From: Camelus dromedarius
Taxonomy: Eukaryota
Direction: 5' to 3'
Assembly (NCBI RefSeq): GCF_036321535.1
Contig: NC_087472.1
Location: 100,194,001-100,258,000, forward strand
DNA: 64,000 nucleotides
This document shows positions 26,701 through 40,800 of the stretch, in pieces (positions within the stretch are counted from its first letter, which is position 1; every line of letters starts with the position of its first letter). Made by a program: the position numbers and the translations under genes. Below the pieces are notes generated by a model, which was not told the DNA's origin, searched no databases, and saw only the letters and a list, made by a program, of their open reading frames with translations.

Positions 26701-27690
26701 CATGTGTCTCCTAAGAAGCCTGACTGTTAGGTTTACCAGCTTTCAAAGATTAGAAGAAGCAGAGGTGGGAGGGGTTAGTTAGAAAAAAGAACATTGTAAT
26801 GTTTTGTGGAAATTATCTTAAAGTATACAATATTCTTCCCTGCTATCTTAAGGGAGAATACTAAACACAAATCTGAGTCAAATCATTTGTATGCAAATGA
26901 ACAACTACGTAAGTCTGGGGAGTGGCTGATGTGGCCCAGCAGCATTCGTGAGAAAGATTTGTGACTGATAGTTGACATTAAGCTTAGTTGGTGTCAGCAG
27001 AATGACGAGGCCACCTTATGCATTTCCTTCTCACCCCTCCCCTTATACTAGACCTTATTTCTCACTAAGAGCTAGAGTGTTGGCAACTCAAGAGGTGATG
27101 GTCCCACTATCCTTACCACTGCTTAAATCATCCCTGCAACACTGGGCTCACGGCCAGACTTGAAGAATAATACAGGGACACTTTTGAAGAATTACCAGTT
27201 AGTGAAGTGACTCATAAACGAGTCTTGGGGGAAACGTTGAGGGAAAAAGAAGGAAAGACTTCTAGGGACATAATAAATCTATGTGCGTTTTTAATGGGCA
27301 GTTACATAGAAAGGGGACTAATTTGAAGCAGTCTGTGGATGGGACCCACATGAAAGAAGTCTTAGTTCGCTATAAGTGAAGGATTTCTCGTTGAGTTCCC
27401 CAAAGAATGAACTGCCTTGTGAGGTAGTGAGTTCTCTGTCACTGGAGGTGTTCAGGTATCAGTTGGCCAGCCAGTTGGTGGGGATACTGTATAGAGAGAA
27501 TTCAAGTATCCCGTGAGTATTTGAACTAGATTAGATAACCAATAAAGAACCATGTCAAATCAAAGAGTGGAGTGATGGTTCCATAACTTATAAAAGCTTG
27601 GTTTATATTTAATCATGGTTTAAGGTAATAAGGTAAAGTTAAAGGTAGAGAATAGGAGTGATCTTAACTAGCAACATCTTGGTGTTCTAG

Positions 27691-27778
27691 GTTTTGCTCT
27701 TTGGTCAAAGAGATGATAACCAGTGCAGCGGGCTGTACAGTGGGGCTGGAGGGAGAATCCGACGGGGACACCTTAGAG
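27691..27778 (+). pseudogene. MAP3K15: MAP3K15 exon 14 equivalent (frame open)
   Basis: ctag|G FCSLVKEMITSAAGCTVGLEGESDGDTLE|gtgagt. Confidence 0.85.
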
Positions 27779-29344
27779 GTGAGTCACAGAAGACCTACAA
27801 CATGGCAGAAGTTACTTATTCTGTCTTTAATACTTAAAGAAAATGTCCTGTTTTTGGTGTGAAAATCCTATATGTATATATTTTTAAATACTCATTTTTG
27901 AATGAGCTAGCAGTCACTATTCCATGACTTTCAGAGATTAAGTTCAATGCATCTCTGTAGAAAAACCTTACTGCTTTGGGATCCTCTCAACCAGAATGTG
28001 TAAGAAAAATTTGGCATGGACTAGACAAAAATTCCCTTTTGTACTCAACCTATGGAAAAGCTTCTTCTAAGCTAATTAATAGTGTTTTTGAGACTGTAAG
28101 AGAAAGAGTTGGCAACTAGAAGCAGTGTTTTTCATTTATACCTAAAATGACTTTAGTTACATCTGCTGGCACATAATATATTAAATATAGTAATATTAAT
28201 ATAATTGTTAAGACAGTAGGATCATCATAGCTCTTTTGGACAGCACAGTGGTAGTCCACAGACAGTACAGCACCATACAGATGTTTCATTCTTGCACAGT
28301 TACTCAGACTTGCCACTCATTCAGGTCCTCCAGATGATTGCAGTTTAGTGAGATTTTCGTATACTTCTAAGTTAGGGTGAAATTAATTCTTTGAGGTTTC
28401 TTTCGGAAAATATCAAAGGGATTCATTTGAATAATTGAGTCAGGTACTCGAATTCTTAGTTTAGAATCAAATTTTCTTGTAGAAATGAACTGAGTGATGC
28501 ACTTTGAAGGTAACAGATGTGGGGACAGGGAAAAGTGGGAGATGAAAGCCTGTTACGGAGCAGGCTGATGTCTGACTGAATCAGTGATGGGACCTACTTG
28601 TGATCTTAATGGTCCTGAGCATCCCCAGAAGTAGATGGGAAGGGACACATTCTGTGCGCTTCTGTAAGCAGGCATAGAAAACAATAGAAAGAAACCCTTG
28701 CTTCCTCTGCTTTAAATAAATATTGCTCAACCTTGAGTTACATTTGTTTTGATCATTGAGAAGAACCAACTAGAATGCAAGCTGTACAATTTTTGATGAT
28801 AAGATCGGGGGAATAAAATAGCAATATTGATTACAAGTCAGATTTTGCCGTATGTATTTAATGTTAGATCTGTACATCTAAAAACAGGGGTGGGGCAATG
28901 TATGTACTTTGTATTAAGACAGTTTTCATTTTATTGCCAGGCTATCTATCGAAAGTGGTTGTTTTCCTGGTAAGTTGATAAAGGATCATGCAAGAAAGCA
29001 CTTATTTGGGGTACTTGGTCTGCTTAGAAACATTTTTAAATTGCAGCATTAAAGTGGGGAGAAATCTCCCAAAGTTGAGCCCACTGCGTTAGATTTGAGC
29101 CATACTTTTAAATTTCTTGCCTTCCATTGCATCATGTTAGGAATATATGAGTTACTGAGAATTCTACCCCTATAAAGTAATTATTGAATGAAAAGTACAT
29201 AACCCAAGAAATGTGACCTGCCAGGTACTCAAATCACGTTATTTATAAATTTTTAAAAAAATGTGGGACAAAATCTGTTTGGGCTTTGACGGGACTTCTC
29301 CACCACAAGTTGCATGCTTTTTTATCTTGTTTTTTCTTCCTTAG

Positions 29345-29478
29345 CATGAGTATGACCATGGTGCGAACGGTGAGAGAGTGGTGCTGGGAAAGGGCATGTA
29401 TGGGATAGTGTATGCTGGGAGAGATCTGAGCAATCAAGTGCGAACAGCCATCAAAGAGATCCCAGAGAGAGATAGCAG
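29345..29478 (+). pseudogene. MAP3K15: MAP3K15 exon 15 equivalent (kinase subdomains I-II); GC donor
   Basis: [46 protein letters not shown]|gcaagt. Confidence 0.92.
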
Positions 29479-29777
29479 GCAAGTCGGGGTGGGCCTTCCT
29501 TCTGTTGCCACCTCCACACCCCTAATCCCGGGCCCGCCACTGACGGTGCAGAGGCACGAGGAGGAAAGCATTGTGTCATCCAAAAATTTGTCATTCTCGT
29601 GTAATAAGGGTGATCTGCCTTTGTTCTCTGCATGTTATTAATAGATTGTAAAAATGGAACAACTTCACTTAGAGGCATGTGGATTGCAGAGTCACGTTTT
29701 AAAAGAAGACTGTAGTTTTATTTCCACCCAGCAACTAAATCTGAAGTTTTACATTTTTTTGTAGATACTTGTTTGCA

Positions 29778-30401
29778 TTTTTTTTGAGATTTTATTTTAT
29801 TTTATTTATTTTTTAACATTTTTTATTGAGTTATAATCATTTTACAATGTTGTGTCAAATTCCAGTGTGGAGCACAATTTTTCAGTTATACATGAACGTA
29901 TATATACTCATTGTCACATTTTTTTCACTGTGAGCTACCACAAGATCTTGTATATATTTCTCTGTGCTATACAGTATAATCTTGTTTATCTGTTCTACAT
30001 TTTGAAATCCCAGTCTGTCCCTTCCCACCCCCCACCCCCTTGGCAACCACAAGTTTGTATTCTATGTCTATGAGTCTGTTTCTGTTTTGTATTTATGTTT
30101 TGGTTTGTTTTGTTTTTTAGATTCCACATATAAGCGATCTCATATGGTATTTTTCTTTCTCTTTCTGGCTTACTTCACTTAGAATGACATTCTCCAGGAG
30201 CATCCATGTTGCTGCAAATGGCATTATGTTGTCGGTTTTTGTGGCTGAATAGTATTCCATCATATAAATATACCACATCTTCTTTATCCAGTCATCTGCT
30301 GATGGACATTTAGGCTGTTTCCATGTCTTGGCTATTGTAAATAGTGCTGCTATGAACACTGGGGTGCAGGTGTCATTTTGAAGTAGGGTTCCTTCTGGGT
30401 A
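29778..30401 (-). mobile_element. 5'-truncated copy of the same young L1/HAL1-like family as 20355-23039
   Basis: Near-identical to 20420-21010 (paired ORFs MSNSSVEHNFSVIHE..); flanking direct repeat TGTTTGCA at 29770-29777 and 30402-30409. Confidence 0.88.
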
Positions 30402-32314
30402 TGTTTGCAAATGTTTTTAAATGTGACTATGCTTTAATTTACATTGTACCCATTTTAAACGGCTATTATTTTTTCAGATGTATCATTATAGAAAATTAAA
30501 TGTGGTAAAAAGAAAAATAAGCTTTACGGACTTTTTTGTATACCCTGCCATCCTAGATTTGGGGCTATTTTTTTTAAACCCTCAGTACTACCAATTTATT
30601 TATTCCACATTTTTTAGAGTCTGATGAAATGTTTATTCCTTTTTAAATTCATACCCCACCCAATTCTAAACTAGAACGTATTGACTGTCAGGTGTTTTTG
30701 TAGAGAAGCTTCATACACAGTAATGGCCACAGTATAAGGAGTAATAGCTCTGTGCTCCAAAGGAGTGCTCAGGCCACATCTGCAGCGTTGCCTTCAGTGC
30801 TGGATGCCGATGGGCGTGTGCAAACATCCTTCCATCCAGGTAGTCAGTGAATTATTAGGATGGGTTACAAGTGATTTCTGGCAGCTGTAAGACCCTTCAT
30901 CATTCCTTTGTTCATTCGTCCACTCATTCCTTCATTCATTTTTAATGAAATTGCATGTTACGGTATTTGAATCATAAGGCAAGGCCTGAGATGAACTCAT
31001 CCAACTTCTTCCAAGGCTCAGAAGGTTAAATGACTTCTCCAAGGATGTGTAGAAACAAGACTGGGATCCAGTCTCGAATTCCTTGTCCAGTATTGTGTCT
31101 CTTATTCTCAGGATGGATAAGGTGTTGCAGTTTTCTGTTGGGGGAAATTTCTCGCATCTACCACCTCCTTCAATGGGCTGTAACCATTGTTTCAGCTTTT
31201 CATTGCTGGTAGTTGTTTCTGGGATTTTAGGGCTAGAAGGGACCTTAGAGACTGTTTTGTCCCATTCCCTAAATTTACAGGCTGAACTTATGATATTGGT
31301 CACCCTCCCAGATTCTGGGCTGGCACTGGGAACTGAAATGTGACTAGGATACGGTCCTTATCTTAGGGTGCTCCCGGTTTGGTGGGGAATGCACATACCT
31401 TACCTAGGTATCAAGATGACAAGTGCTGTAATAGAGAAGTTCCCAGAGTGTGTGTAGAACATAGGAGAGGAGTGAATTACTTTTTCTAGTTGAGTTGCAG
31501 CAAGTTGGAAAAAATAAGCCATCTTTGAGCTGGCCTTTGAGGGACGAATAGGAGTTCATCTGGCCGAAAAGGAGGCCAGAGCGTTCTCTGCTGAGGGAAA
31601 ACAGAGCTGTTAAGCAGAGTGTATTCAGAGGACAACAAATTGTCATGACATGAATGTAGGATATGAGGCAGTGGGAGGGGGTGCTCTTGAGATGAGGCAA
31701 ACATTTTTAAAGATGTAGTCTGATCTGAGTTGGAAAGTCCTTGTGTGCCGTGTTAAGCAATATGGTCTTTATATGGACTTCATGAAAGGAAGTGGTATGT
31801 GGTGTGTGTTTTGGAAAGAGGGAATATAGTGGCCAGGGGAGAATAGACTGAGGAGGCCAGAGGCTGAGGCTAGAAGGCCCATTAGGTGGCTGTTGCTGTA
31901 GTCTGGAGTCTGTGGAATGAGACTAGAAGACAGCTGAGGACAGAACCTTCTAGAACTCCCTTCATGGGAGAGCAGAGGAAAAAGGGCTGTTGAGAGAGAC
32001 CAAGTATGATTGGGGGGGTTCAGGCCCTAACAGTAGCGATAGTAATAGCAGTAGCCATTCATTGGGTTAACCTCCCACACACCAGGCACTCCACTGGGAG
32101 CCTGAGAGACTCGGCACACTTTGGTCCCCAGCAGCCCTGCGTGGCTGATACTAATAACCCCTGTTTTACACATGGGAAGCTGAGTAGTGTCATGGGAGCC
32201 AAAGGAGAGAACGTTTCCAGCAAGAAGGGATGGCCAGCAGGCACTGGCGAGGTGCGACGTGGAGCCTAAGCCCCCGGATTTGGCAGGTGGCTCTGGCTTT
32301 GTTTTTCCTCCCAG

Positions 32315-32442
32315 GTACTCCCAGCCGCTGCACGAGGAGATAGCCCTGCACAAGTACCTCAAGCACCGCGGTATCGTTCAGTACCTGGGCTCTGTGTCCG
32401 AGCACGGCTACATTACGATATTTATGGAGCAGGTGCCTGGGG
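32315..32442 (+). pseudogene. MAP3K15: MAP3K15 exon 16 equivalent (kinase III-V, frame open)
   Basis: [42 protein letters not shown]|gtgagt. Confidence 0.93.
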
Positions 32443-34165
32443 GTGAGTGGTCACTGGTCTTCTGGTCTCACCTTGTGAAAATCACTGATGAAAATAGGAT
32501 ATGAACATCATGATCCATCCTGTCATTAAAAAATGACAGACGTTTTAGATATGGGAGAGCATTTGTTTTTCACAGGAGTTGGATACAAATTTTCCAATGT
32601 CACAGAAACAGTCTATTCCTGGTCTGGTGATTCAATCATCAAATATTCATGGAGGATCTACTGAGCGCCAGCTGCTGGGCCGAGCGCCGGAGACATAGAG
32701 ATGAATAAACCATGGTCTCTGGCCTTGAGGCCTTCACAGTCTATGAGCTGAAATATGGTTTGGAGAAGTGGGGACAGAGGGTTTTTTTAAATGACATCAC
32801 GAAATAACATGTTGACAGTGAAATTGAACACCAGTGGTTTATCCATAAAATCCCCGAAAGCAGGAAGTAGACTACAGGGGTAAGAGTTCCTCAGATCTGG
32901 AGCCGGACCATCTTGCTTGAATTGGTCCCTCCATCTGCAAGCTGTGTGATCTCAGGCTTCTTATTGAAGAGATGAATTGTAAAACTGGAGTAGTCATTAC
33001 TACGGTAATTGGAGTGGTAATAATAATGGGAGTAATCTTCCTAGGGTAAATGAGACAGTGTATATAAAGCTCTTAAAACGGTGCCTGGCAGAGGGCAAGA
33101 GCTCAGTAAGTGCTCATTTAAGAAAATAATGGTAAAATTAATAAAAATCTGAATGCAGATGTAAAGGCTTCAGTTAGAAATCTGTATTCATTCATTCAAC
33201 CCACAGTTATTCAGAGCCTACCATTCCATTAAAAGCCTAACTGTATATCTTAAGAGATGAGCAGTGAGCTAGATTTTGAGGGTTATATGAAAGATCAAGT
33301 ACAGTTTCTTCTTTCCTCAAGTTGCTCATAGTCTAGCAGAAAATATGAATTGATATTCCAGACATGAGGTCTGAGGATGACAACAGAGTTGGAGATAGAT
33401 GTGCCACCCCCCTTTTATAGAGGTTCCACGGCAATAGAAGGGCGTAAGGGTGAAGCCGAGACTAGCTGATGCCGAGGGCCTGGGTGATGATCTCTGAAAC
33501 ACATGGTCAGAATGCAGGGAAGGGAGGTTTTCTTCTGGCCCAAAGGTTCACTGTTTAATAGTATAATTGGGGTGGTGGCAGGGAGGAGGGTAGGGGGCGT
33601 TGTTAAGACAGTCCTGCTGCCGGGACCTGGCATTGGGAGCTTCTCACAGTAAGGACAGAGTCCCAACCTCCTCCTCTCCTGGTCCCTGTCTCCCTAAAGG
33701 GCCCCTCGCTCTGGTCCTATCTGCCTCTGATTTCAAGGTGAGGTATAGAATGTGGCTTTGACAAGCCGAATGGCTGACACGGTTGTGCAAGGTCTACAGC
33801 GTCGGGCCAGCCCTCCCCAGTTCAGAGCACTGTTGCGCTCTCTTCCTGACTCTGTGCAGTTAAACAGAGCTGAGCCCAAAGGTGGCCCGACCGTGTTTCA
33901 GGGGTTACCAGGGGTTCCTTTCCACCCTTCACCTCTGATGAGGGTGATGTGCTCATTCACCGCCAGTCCCTTCTCTGGCTGAGCTGCTCGCGTGTCTGAG
34001 AACAGGCAACAGAGAGGGAGGAAAGAGATTTCATGTAGCCCAGATACAGTGATGTGAGCGCGAGTGCTTACATTGGGTTAGAAACGTCACTTCACTTTAT
34101 TTCCCTGAACCCTTATCGTTGAATCTTCATCGCCCTCAGGAGTTTTCTGCTGTGTCCATTTCCAG

Positions 34166-34296
34166 GAAGCCTTTCTGCTGTTTCGTGATCAAAATGGGAG
34201 CCAATGAAGAAGCCTATCATCAAGTTTTACATCAAGCAGATCCTGGAAGGCCTCAAGTATCTCCATGAAAACCAGATTGTGCACAGAGACAGAAAG
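34166..34296 (+). pseudogene. MAP3K15: MAP3K15 exon 17 equivalent; TGA at 34186-34188; HRDIK reads HRDRK
   Basis: [42 protein letters not shown]|gtagtt. Confidence 0.92.
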
Positions 34297-34528
34297 GTAG
34301 TTGTCTGAGCCACTGAGGTTTTGCTGGGGCATCTCGGATCACGCAAGCTGCTGGCAGTGTCTGCAGGTGGACCAGTTCACAGAATGGCGAGGATTGAGCC
34401 TGACAGTCCCCAGAGCACAGAGTTTAGTCTTCGTAGAGATTCATGACCATTTGTTATGTTCCAGATCTGTTATATGTTAGTCTATTTAAATCTGTCTTTA
34501 AGCATTTGATATTCTTCCTTTTCTAAAG

Positions 34529-34634
34529 GGTGATAACGTTCTGGTGAATACCTACAGCAGAGTGGTGAAAATCTCTGATGTTGGAACCTCTAAACATCTT
34601 GCAGGAGTGAATCCATGTATGTAGACTTTTGCTG
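34529..34634 (+). pseudogene. MAP3K15: MAP3K15 exon 18 equivalent; DFG reads DVG; TAG at 34622-34624
   Basis: [35 protein letters not shown]|gtagg. Confidence 0.92.
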
Positions 34635-36459
34635 GTAGGCAGAACAGAGCTTAGCATGAGGTGCCCATCCTGGTGTTAGGCTTGTTGGAGCTGCAGTCCT
34701 TTGAGAGTTACTCACTGAGCACCTGAGTGCAGTGTGGGCGATTGGTAACTGAAGTAAATGGTATATTGTCCTCAGCTTTAAAGCGTTTGAACTCTGGCAT
34801 AATGATGCACTTTGCCAGCTCCTTGTGGCAACGACACTGCCTTACATTCTTCTTTGTCTTCCAAGGTTGAGTAGGTGTTGTGATCTGCTTGAGGTTTTCT
34901 GAGGGTTTCTAACCAATTAGCCAAACGGCAGCATCTCTTTTAAATTAATAGCACATTATTCAGAATCGTGGGTAGTTCCAAATAACAGGTATACTCAGAC
35001 AATTTATTAGGACATTTGATTGGTCTTTTATAAAAATAGCCTGTTACTTTAATTAATTCTGGTGCCTTGTGTTTTTGGTATGATTATGTTTCCAAGAGAG
35101 TCTCATTCTTCTGGGGAATATGGTATTCTAAGTGGGTTTGAGCCATTAGGTTTTCTTTTCCATTTGTCAGTGATGGAATCATTTAAGTATTGAGAGGGAC
35201 TGGATTCAAAGAGTGGTATAAAATTGCCAGCTAGCTTTCCATTTACACGACCAGGGAGTAGAATGATGCTCAAAAGCTACCTTTGGCTTTTTCAAATTTC
35301 TGCCTAAAAGTGAAACAGAAACTTTGATCCTTGGAAAGAAGCACTGACTTTGAATAAGTAAAGATTTATGGTCGCCTAAGTTTCAAGGAAAGGATCACAA
35401 AAATCTTGCTTGATAAAATTATGAAACAGTGCTTATAATAGTATAGCTCTGAAATAAGCTATACGAGACGGATGACTGTTTTCTATCTCTATAGCACCAA
35501 ACTGTAGCGTGGACAGCCTTGGCATCAGTTTTGGTAAATAATGTCTCAGCTTTGAAAGACTTTTCTTCAACAAGCAACTTGTTGTATGTCAGCCACTGGA
35601 CACCCATAGTGGAGACTCATTCCCTTTCTAAATGGAACTTGTATGCATCAGAAATGACTTCTCAGTCGTAACACCAAGGGAGGTACATGCACCTCAAAAT
35701 GGGAAAATATTGCACGAAGGACCCAACCAGAGTCTCCCAAAGAGTGTATTGAACTTTCATTCATTGTTTCTGATGTAAATATACATGTATCAGCACGTAT
35801 ATGTCAGTGAGTATGCATGTATATATATACACATACATATGTATGCCCAGTATATTTTTTTCACTAGCCTAACTGAAAATGACTTATACCCTTCTCTTTG
35901 GAAGCCACCAATTAGCTTGGCAATAGGTAGCAAGAGGGGCTCTGATATGACAAGGAATTATTTCAAGACATAAACCCCCCAACAATTTATCTCATAATTA
36001 GCATCCCCAAGGAGAAAAAAATTCATAAGAAAAACGCATGTATAATTCATTATTGCATATCACATTTTCCCAAGTAATTGGCTTGAGGAGGCATGAATTT
36101 TGCATTGCAAAATAATGCAGGGGTGTTTGGGGGATAATAAAGAAGGGGTCTCATTTTGGGTAGGAAATTCCCCTGCATGTAATTACTCTTTGCAAAACAG
36201 AGCAGTTCTGTAAAGAAATTTCAGCTGCTCAGTGCGAAGCTCCGACTGGGTGCAGGTGGACATGGTGGGGCGTTTCCACGCAAATGCCTGGAGGCTGTCA
36301 GAGCCTGGAAGGAGAGACAAAATCTTCAGGCAACTTCTTGGCCCGAGATCCTCCTATCCTGTGTTCCTCCGAAGGGTTTTCCCCGTAGGTGTAAACAGGC
36401 CACAACAGGAGGAAGGGCCCTTATGGCCAGGGTCAGCCCCCTTTGCTTTTGGTTTTGCA

Positions 36460-36980
36460 ACAGCTTTATTGAGGTTTAACTTACGCATCATAAAATGTAC
36501 CTATTCAAAGTGCCAATTTCAATGGTTTCTGGTAGATTTTCCAAGTTGTACAGCCATCGCCACAATCCAATTTTTGCCTGTTTTCCATCACCCCAAAAAG
36601 GTGTCACCTTGCAGTCTGTCCCCATGCTCTCCCCAGCCCCCAGCAGCCACTGATCTACTCTCTGTATAGACTTTCCTGCTCTGGAGATTTCATATAGATG
36701 GAATGATACAATGTGTGACTTTTGTATCCAGCTACTTACACCTCACATAATCTTTTCGAGGTTCACCCGTGCTGAGGTGTGTATCGGTACTTCATTCTTT
36801 TTCTGGCTCAATAGTATTCCATTGTATAGACCACATTTTGTTTTCTCATCTGTCAGTTAATGGTCATTTGGATTGTTTCCCCTTTTTGGCTATTGTGAAT
36901 GATACTGCTGTGAACATTCACATACAAGCCTTCATGTGAACACATGTTTTCATGTCTCTTTGGTAGATACCCGAAGTGGA
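36460..36980 (-). mobile_element. L1MB-like 3' fragment
   Basis: cagctttattgagg..gccatcgccacaatccaatt..ccactgatctact..tgaacattcacatacaag. Confidence 0.75.
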
Positions 36981-37009
36981 ACTCGGGACGGGACCTCTGT
37001 TCTGATCTA

Positions 37010-37240
37010 TGGCTGTAAACAGCCTTGGTTCAAATTGTGGCTCAACCACTTGCGAGCTGTGTGACCTTGGGCATGTTACTTAACCTCTCTGTGTCTCAGT
37101 TTCTTCATAAGTAAAACAGAGATAATCATAATACCTACTTCATAGGGTTTTTATGTGGATTAAATGAGTTAATATTGATGAAGTGCTTTAACCAGTACCT
37201 GGTTTATAGCAAGTACAGCTGAAGTCTGTGTTAAATAAAT
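37010..37240 (+). mobile_element. MIR SINE
   Basis: gctgtgtgaccttgggc..ttacttaacctctctgtgtctcagtttcttcat core. Confidence 0.8.
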
Positions 37241-37519
37241 GCTAATTTGCACTTAGAAGTCACAGGTTCTTAGAGTTGGCAGGAGTTTTTGAGAGAATCG
37301 AGTTTATGTGCATAACTAACATGTTGAACCTGTCAGACTCAAAGGGTGTGATTTTTATTTTTATTTTTGTCTCCCACGGCCCTTTCCATCCTGCTCACGG
37401 AAGTAATCCTTTCCATGACTTTTCCAGTCACCCTGAGATAACAAAGAGTAAGTCTTAATGGCACCGCGAGAAGCAAACGCAATGTGAATCCAGTCATTGA
37501 AAGGGTCCCGGCTGACACA

Positions 37520-37839
37520 CAGGCGTCCCTCCCATTTAATTGTGGTTGGCTTTATTGCGCTTCACAGATCCTGCATTTCTTACAAATTGAAGGTCTGCGG
37601 CAACCCTGCGTTGTTAGATGATGGTCAGCATGTTTTTAGCGATAAAGCATTGTTTAATTAAGGTATGTACCTTATTTTTTAGACATAACGCTACTGCACA
37701 CTTAATAGACCACAGTATAGTGTGAGCATAACTTTTATATACACTGGGAAACCAAAAAAATTCATGTGACTCGCTTTATTGCCAAATGTGCTTTATTGTG
37801 GTCTGGAACTGAACCCGCGGTGTCTCCGGGGTCTGCCTG
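37520..37839. mobile_element. Internally deleted Tigger1-like element
   Basis: caggc..ttattgcgcttcacagat..tacaaattgaaggtctgcggcaaccctgcgt..gtggtctggaactgaaccc..gtctgcctg. Confidence 0.8.
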
Positions 37840-40800
37840 TGCTCATCAGCACACTGGTCCTCATTCGAGGGGCAGACTCCTCTCCCCTGCCCCTGCTGGC
37901 TTTGTGGCAGGCAGCCGGGGAGTCGGGGTGTCGGCCCTCCCTCCCTCCCTCGCCTCCTTCCCTACTCACCAGCTGCGAGTAGGAGAGGAAAGGGGGACAG
38001 AAAGTTGTCACTTGACTCGCACCGTTCTAGGCTGGTTTCCTGTACTCTTGGCCTGGCTGATGGTTGCTGTTACCTTTTTGCTGCCGGATCCCTCTGAATA
38101 CAATTCCCAGGTCGTGGGCAGGGGCCTGACCTTTGGCTGACCGCCCCCAACCCCCTCACCCTGATCTTTTACCCTGCACGCTGTACCTACCCCTCCATCT
38201 TTTCATACTGAGGGAAGCAAGCCCTGGAAGGCTATCTTTGGGCGGGATTCCTTTTTAAAAGACCCTAAAGCAGTATTTCTACAATTAGAATCTGGTGTCC
38301 AAGATTCATGCATCTTTCACCCTCATCAAGAGGATGTGGCGATGTCCCCAGACCATATGGGCCCCACTCTGCTGCTGTCAGCTGCTTTTGCTCCCATGGG
38401 AACCATGTGCAGCTTCTTTGCAGGGGACACATACATGTGGAGCTCTGAGTGCGCCCAGTGGGGATGGGCTCTGGGTTAGGAGGAAGTCGTGGCCCCTCCC
38501 TCCAGGCCCATCTCTGGGACAGGGCAACCGGGGTGGCCCCAGGACCATGGAAAGCTGCACCTTACTTCTCTTTTTGCTACTTCATTAATATTAAATTTGG
38601 AAACTTTGGGCTCTAACGCTCCCTCAAGAGGCCTATAGAAGATGCTAACATGTGTGGCCTCCTTTCAAGTGCATTTATCCTGAGTGGATGTTGAGTTTCT
38701 TGAGCCGCCATGGGCCCGCACCCTTCTGGGGACAGCCCTTCCCTGACTTCTGTAACTAGAGAGGGTAGACCTCCTAGCACAGCTGTCTAAAGAAGTTGCT
38801 TTCAACCTCCCCCTTCCAGTCCCTCTCTCAACCCTTTTAAACCTTGATCTGGTGGGAGACCCCGGGGCTAGGGGCCCACGTGTTGTGTAACCAGTTATTT
38901 GAGGCCCCCATAGAAACATGCGTCTGTGGTTTCTCTTTCACCCCTTTCCTTGGTATCTGGGTCATATCTTGGCACCTCAGTCATAACTCCTGAATTATTG
39001 TCCTGTGCCATGTCTGTCCTTTGCTGATAATTTGAAAAACTTGCTTGGACAATTGTCCTGGAGACCGCAATGGATCTCATGTCCCAAGGGGATTGGGTTG
39101 ACACCTGTGGGTCTCCTGCGTTGTTTTGAACTCTGCATCGCTGCACCTTAGGGCCAAGGCTGGCTGGCTGGCTGATTGAGGGACCAGTGTGGTGGGCATA
39201 CCCTGGGGGAAATGCAGTTTACGAAAGACATGAAACCCCTAAGAGAGCCAGATTTAAGCAAATTTCCCAGGATTTCTCCATTCACTTGCCCCCCATGACG
39301 TCCTCACTTGGGTTTCTCTGCAGAAGCCAGCCTTTAGTACAGCTGGTACACACCCACAATGTGCACACTGCCTGGAGATGGAACCTCGACTCTCGGAAAT
39401 AGTTGTGTGGATCCGTCTCTCTTTGTTGGGCTGCTTGCTGTGAGTGGACAGTTTCCCTTTGAATATAGTAGTAAATAAAACGGAGCAGCCAGTTTTCCAT
39501 GACTGCTCTACACCTCCCAATTATATGGCTAGAAGTCACATTATGGCTACAACCCACATCCCTAGGGCTTGGGGGAGCAAAGAGGAGGGTGGCAGTCACA
39601 CCTTTCAGGAGGGGGCGCCACTGGGCTGGAGCAGGTAACTCTGAACGGGGCAAGATGAGGCTGGCTCTGGTAGTATGAGGGGGGTTAAAAAAAAGAAAAA
39701 GCTGAAAATGAGCCAAGCGCTGCTATTGGAACCAACTGAGGGTCCAAAGTGAGGCTTGCTTAGAAGAAAGTGAGCAGGCAGGAAGGAGCTAGCAGCCCCT
39801 CCTTCTTGGCGCTTGTGCACGTGCACTCTTGTCTCTCCTCTGACCCAGCCGCCTAGTGGCGGACGCCAGGCAGAAGTGTGGTTTGCAGAATCCCAGAGCT
39901 GGTGTGGCAGAGCCAAGAGAGAACAGCTTAATAAACAGCTCTGTCAAGTCTTCTTAGTTAATGATTTATGGGTTAGTTAGAAGGCACATTCCCTGCCAAG
40001 GCCTCTCTCTGTGTTGTTCACGGTAGTGGGAGCCTGTAGGGGATATTGTGTCACTGGAAGTTCCCTTCCTGGGGCGCCGAGATCTCCTAACACTGCAGCA
40101 GGCACCGCGAGCCTCCAGCTTGCCCAGCCCTGCAGCCAACTGAGCACTTCCGCACCAGGCTTTCAGCTCAGGACCCCAAAGCTGTCATTTTTGCCATGCT
40201 CATCTCTTGCACTCACTGATGCAACCCGATTTACATTTAACTTTAAATGAGGAAGAATTAAATAAAATTGAAGTTTTTAAAAAATTGTAAATTGTCTTCA
40301 GTCTCACCAGTCACATTTCAAGAGCCCAACAGTCTCATGTGGCTGGTGGCTACCACACTGAACTGCACAGAACAGAACGTTTCCATTGTTACGGAACATC
40401 CTATTGGTCAGAGCTGTTCTAGAGCCTTTAAAATCCTTACAGGAAAGAAATGGTAAGACATTGGATCTTTCAGAGGAGCAGGTAGTAGGTGGCATCTCCA
40501 AACTTATTTTAACCAATGGGCCTTTTTTTGTCATTCATCAGGACTCAGGAAACCTGCTTTGGTTGTGTGGTCTTGAGACAGGCACTGGAATGTCTCTGGG
40601 CATCAGTGTTCTATATTCACACCTTGGCCACTATCATCTCTGAGTTTGCTGTTCATTATAAACCTCTTTGCCAGCACATAGCACCTGCTACTGTTGCTTC
40701 CACATTTCCCCTTTCCCCTTTCTTCAGGCTTAGTTTCAAAGAAAACCAAAGATCTTATTCCCAGAGCCTTTGATTGACCTCTCTGCCCCATCGCTCCAAT

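Noticed and set aside
29479..29484. GC donor counted as an inactivating lesion
   Set aside because: GC-AG introns can splice and the ancestral state was not checked.
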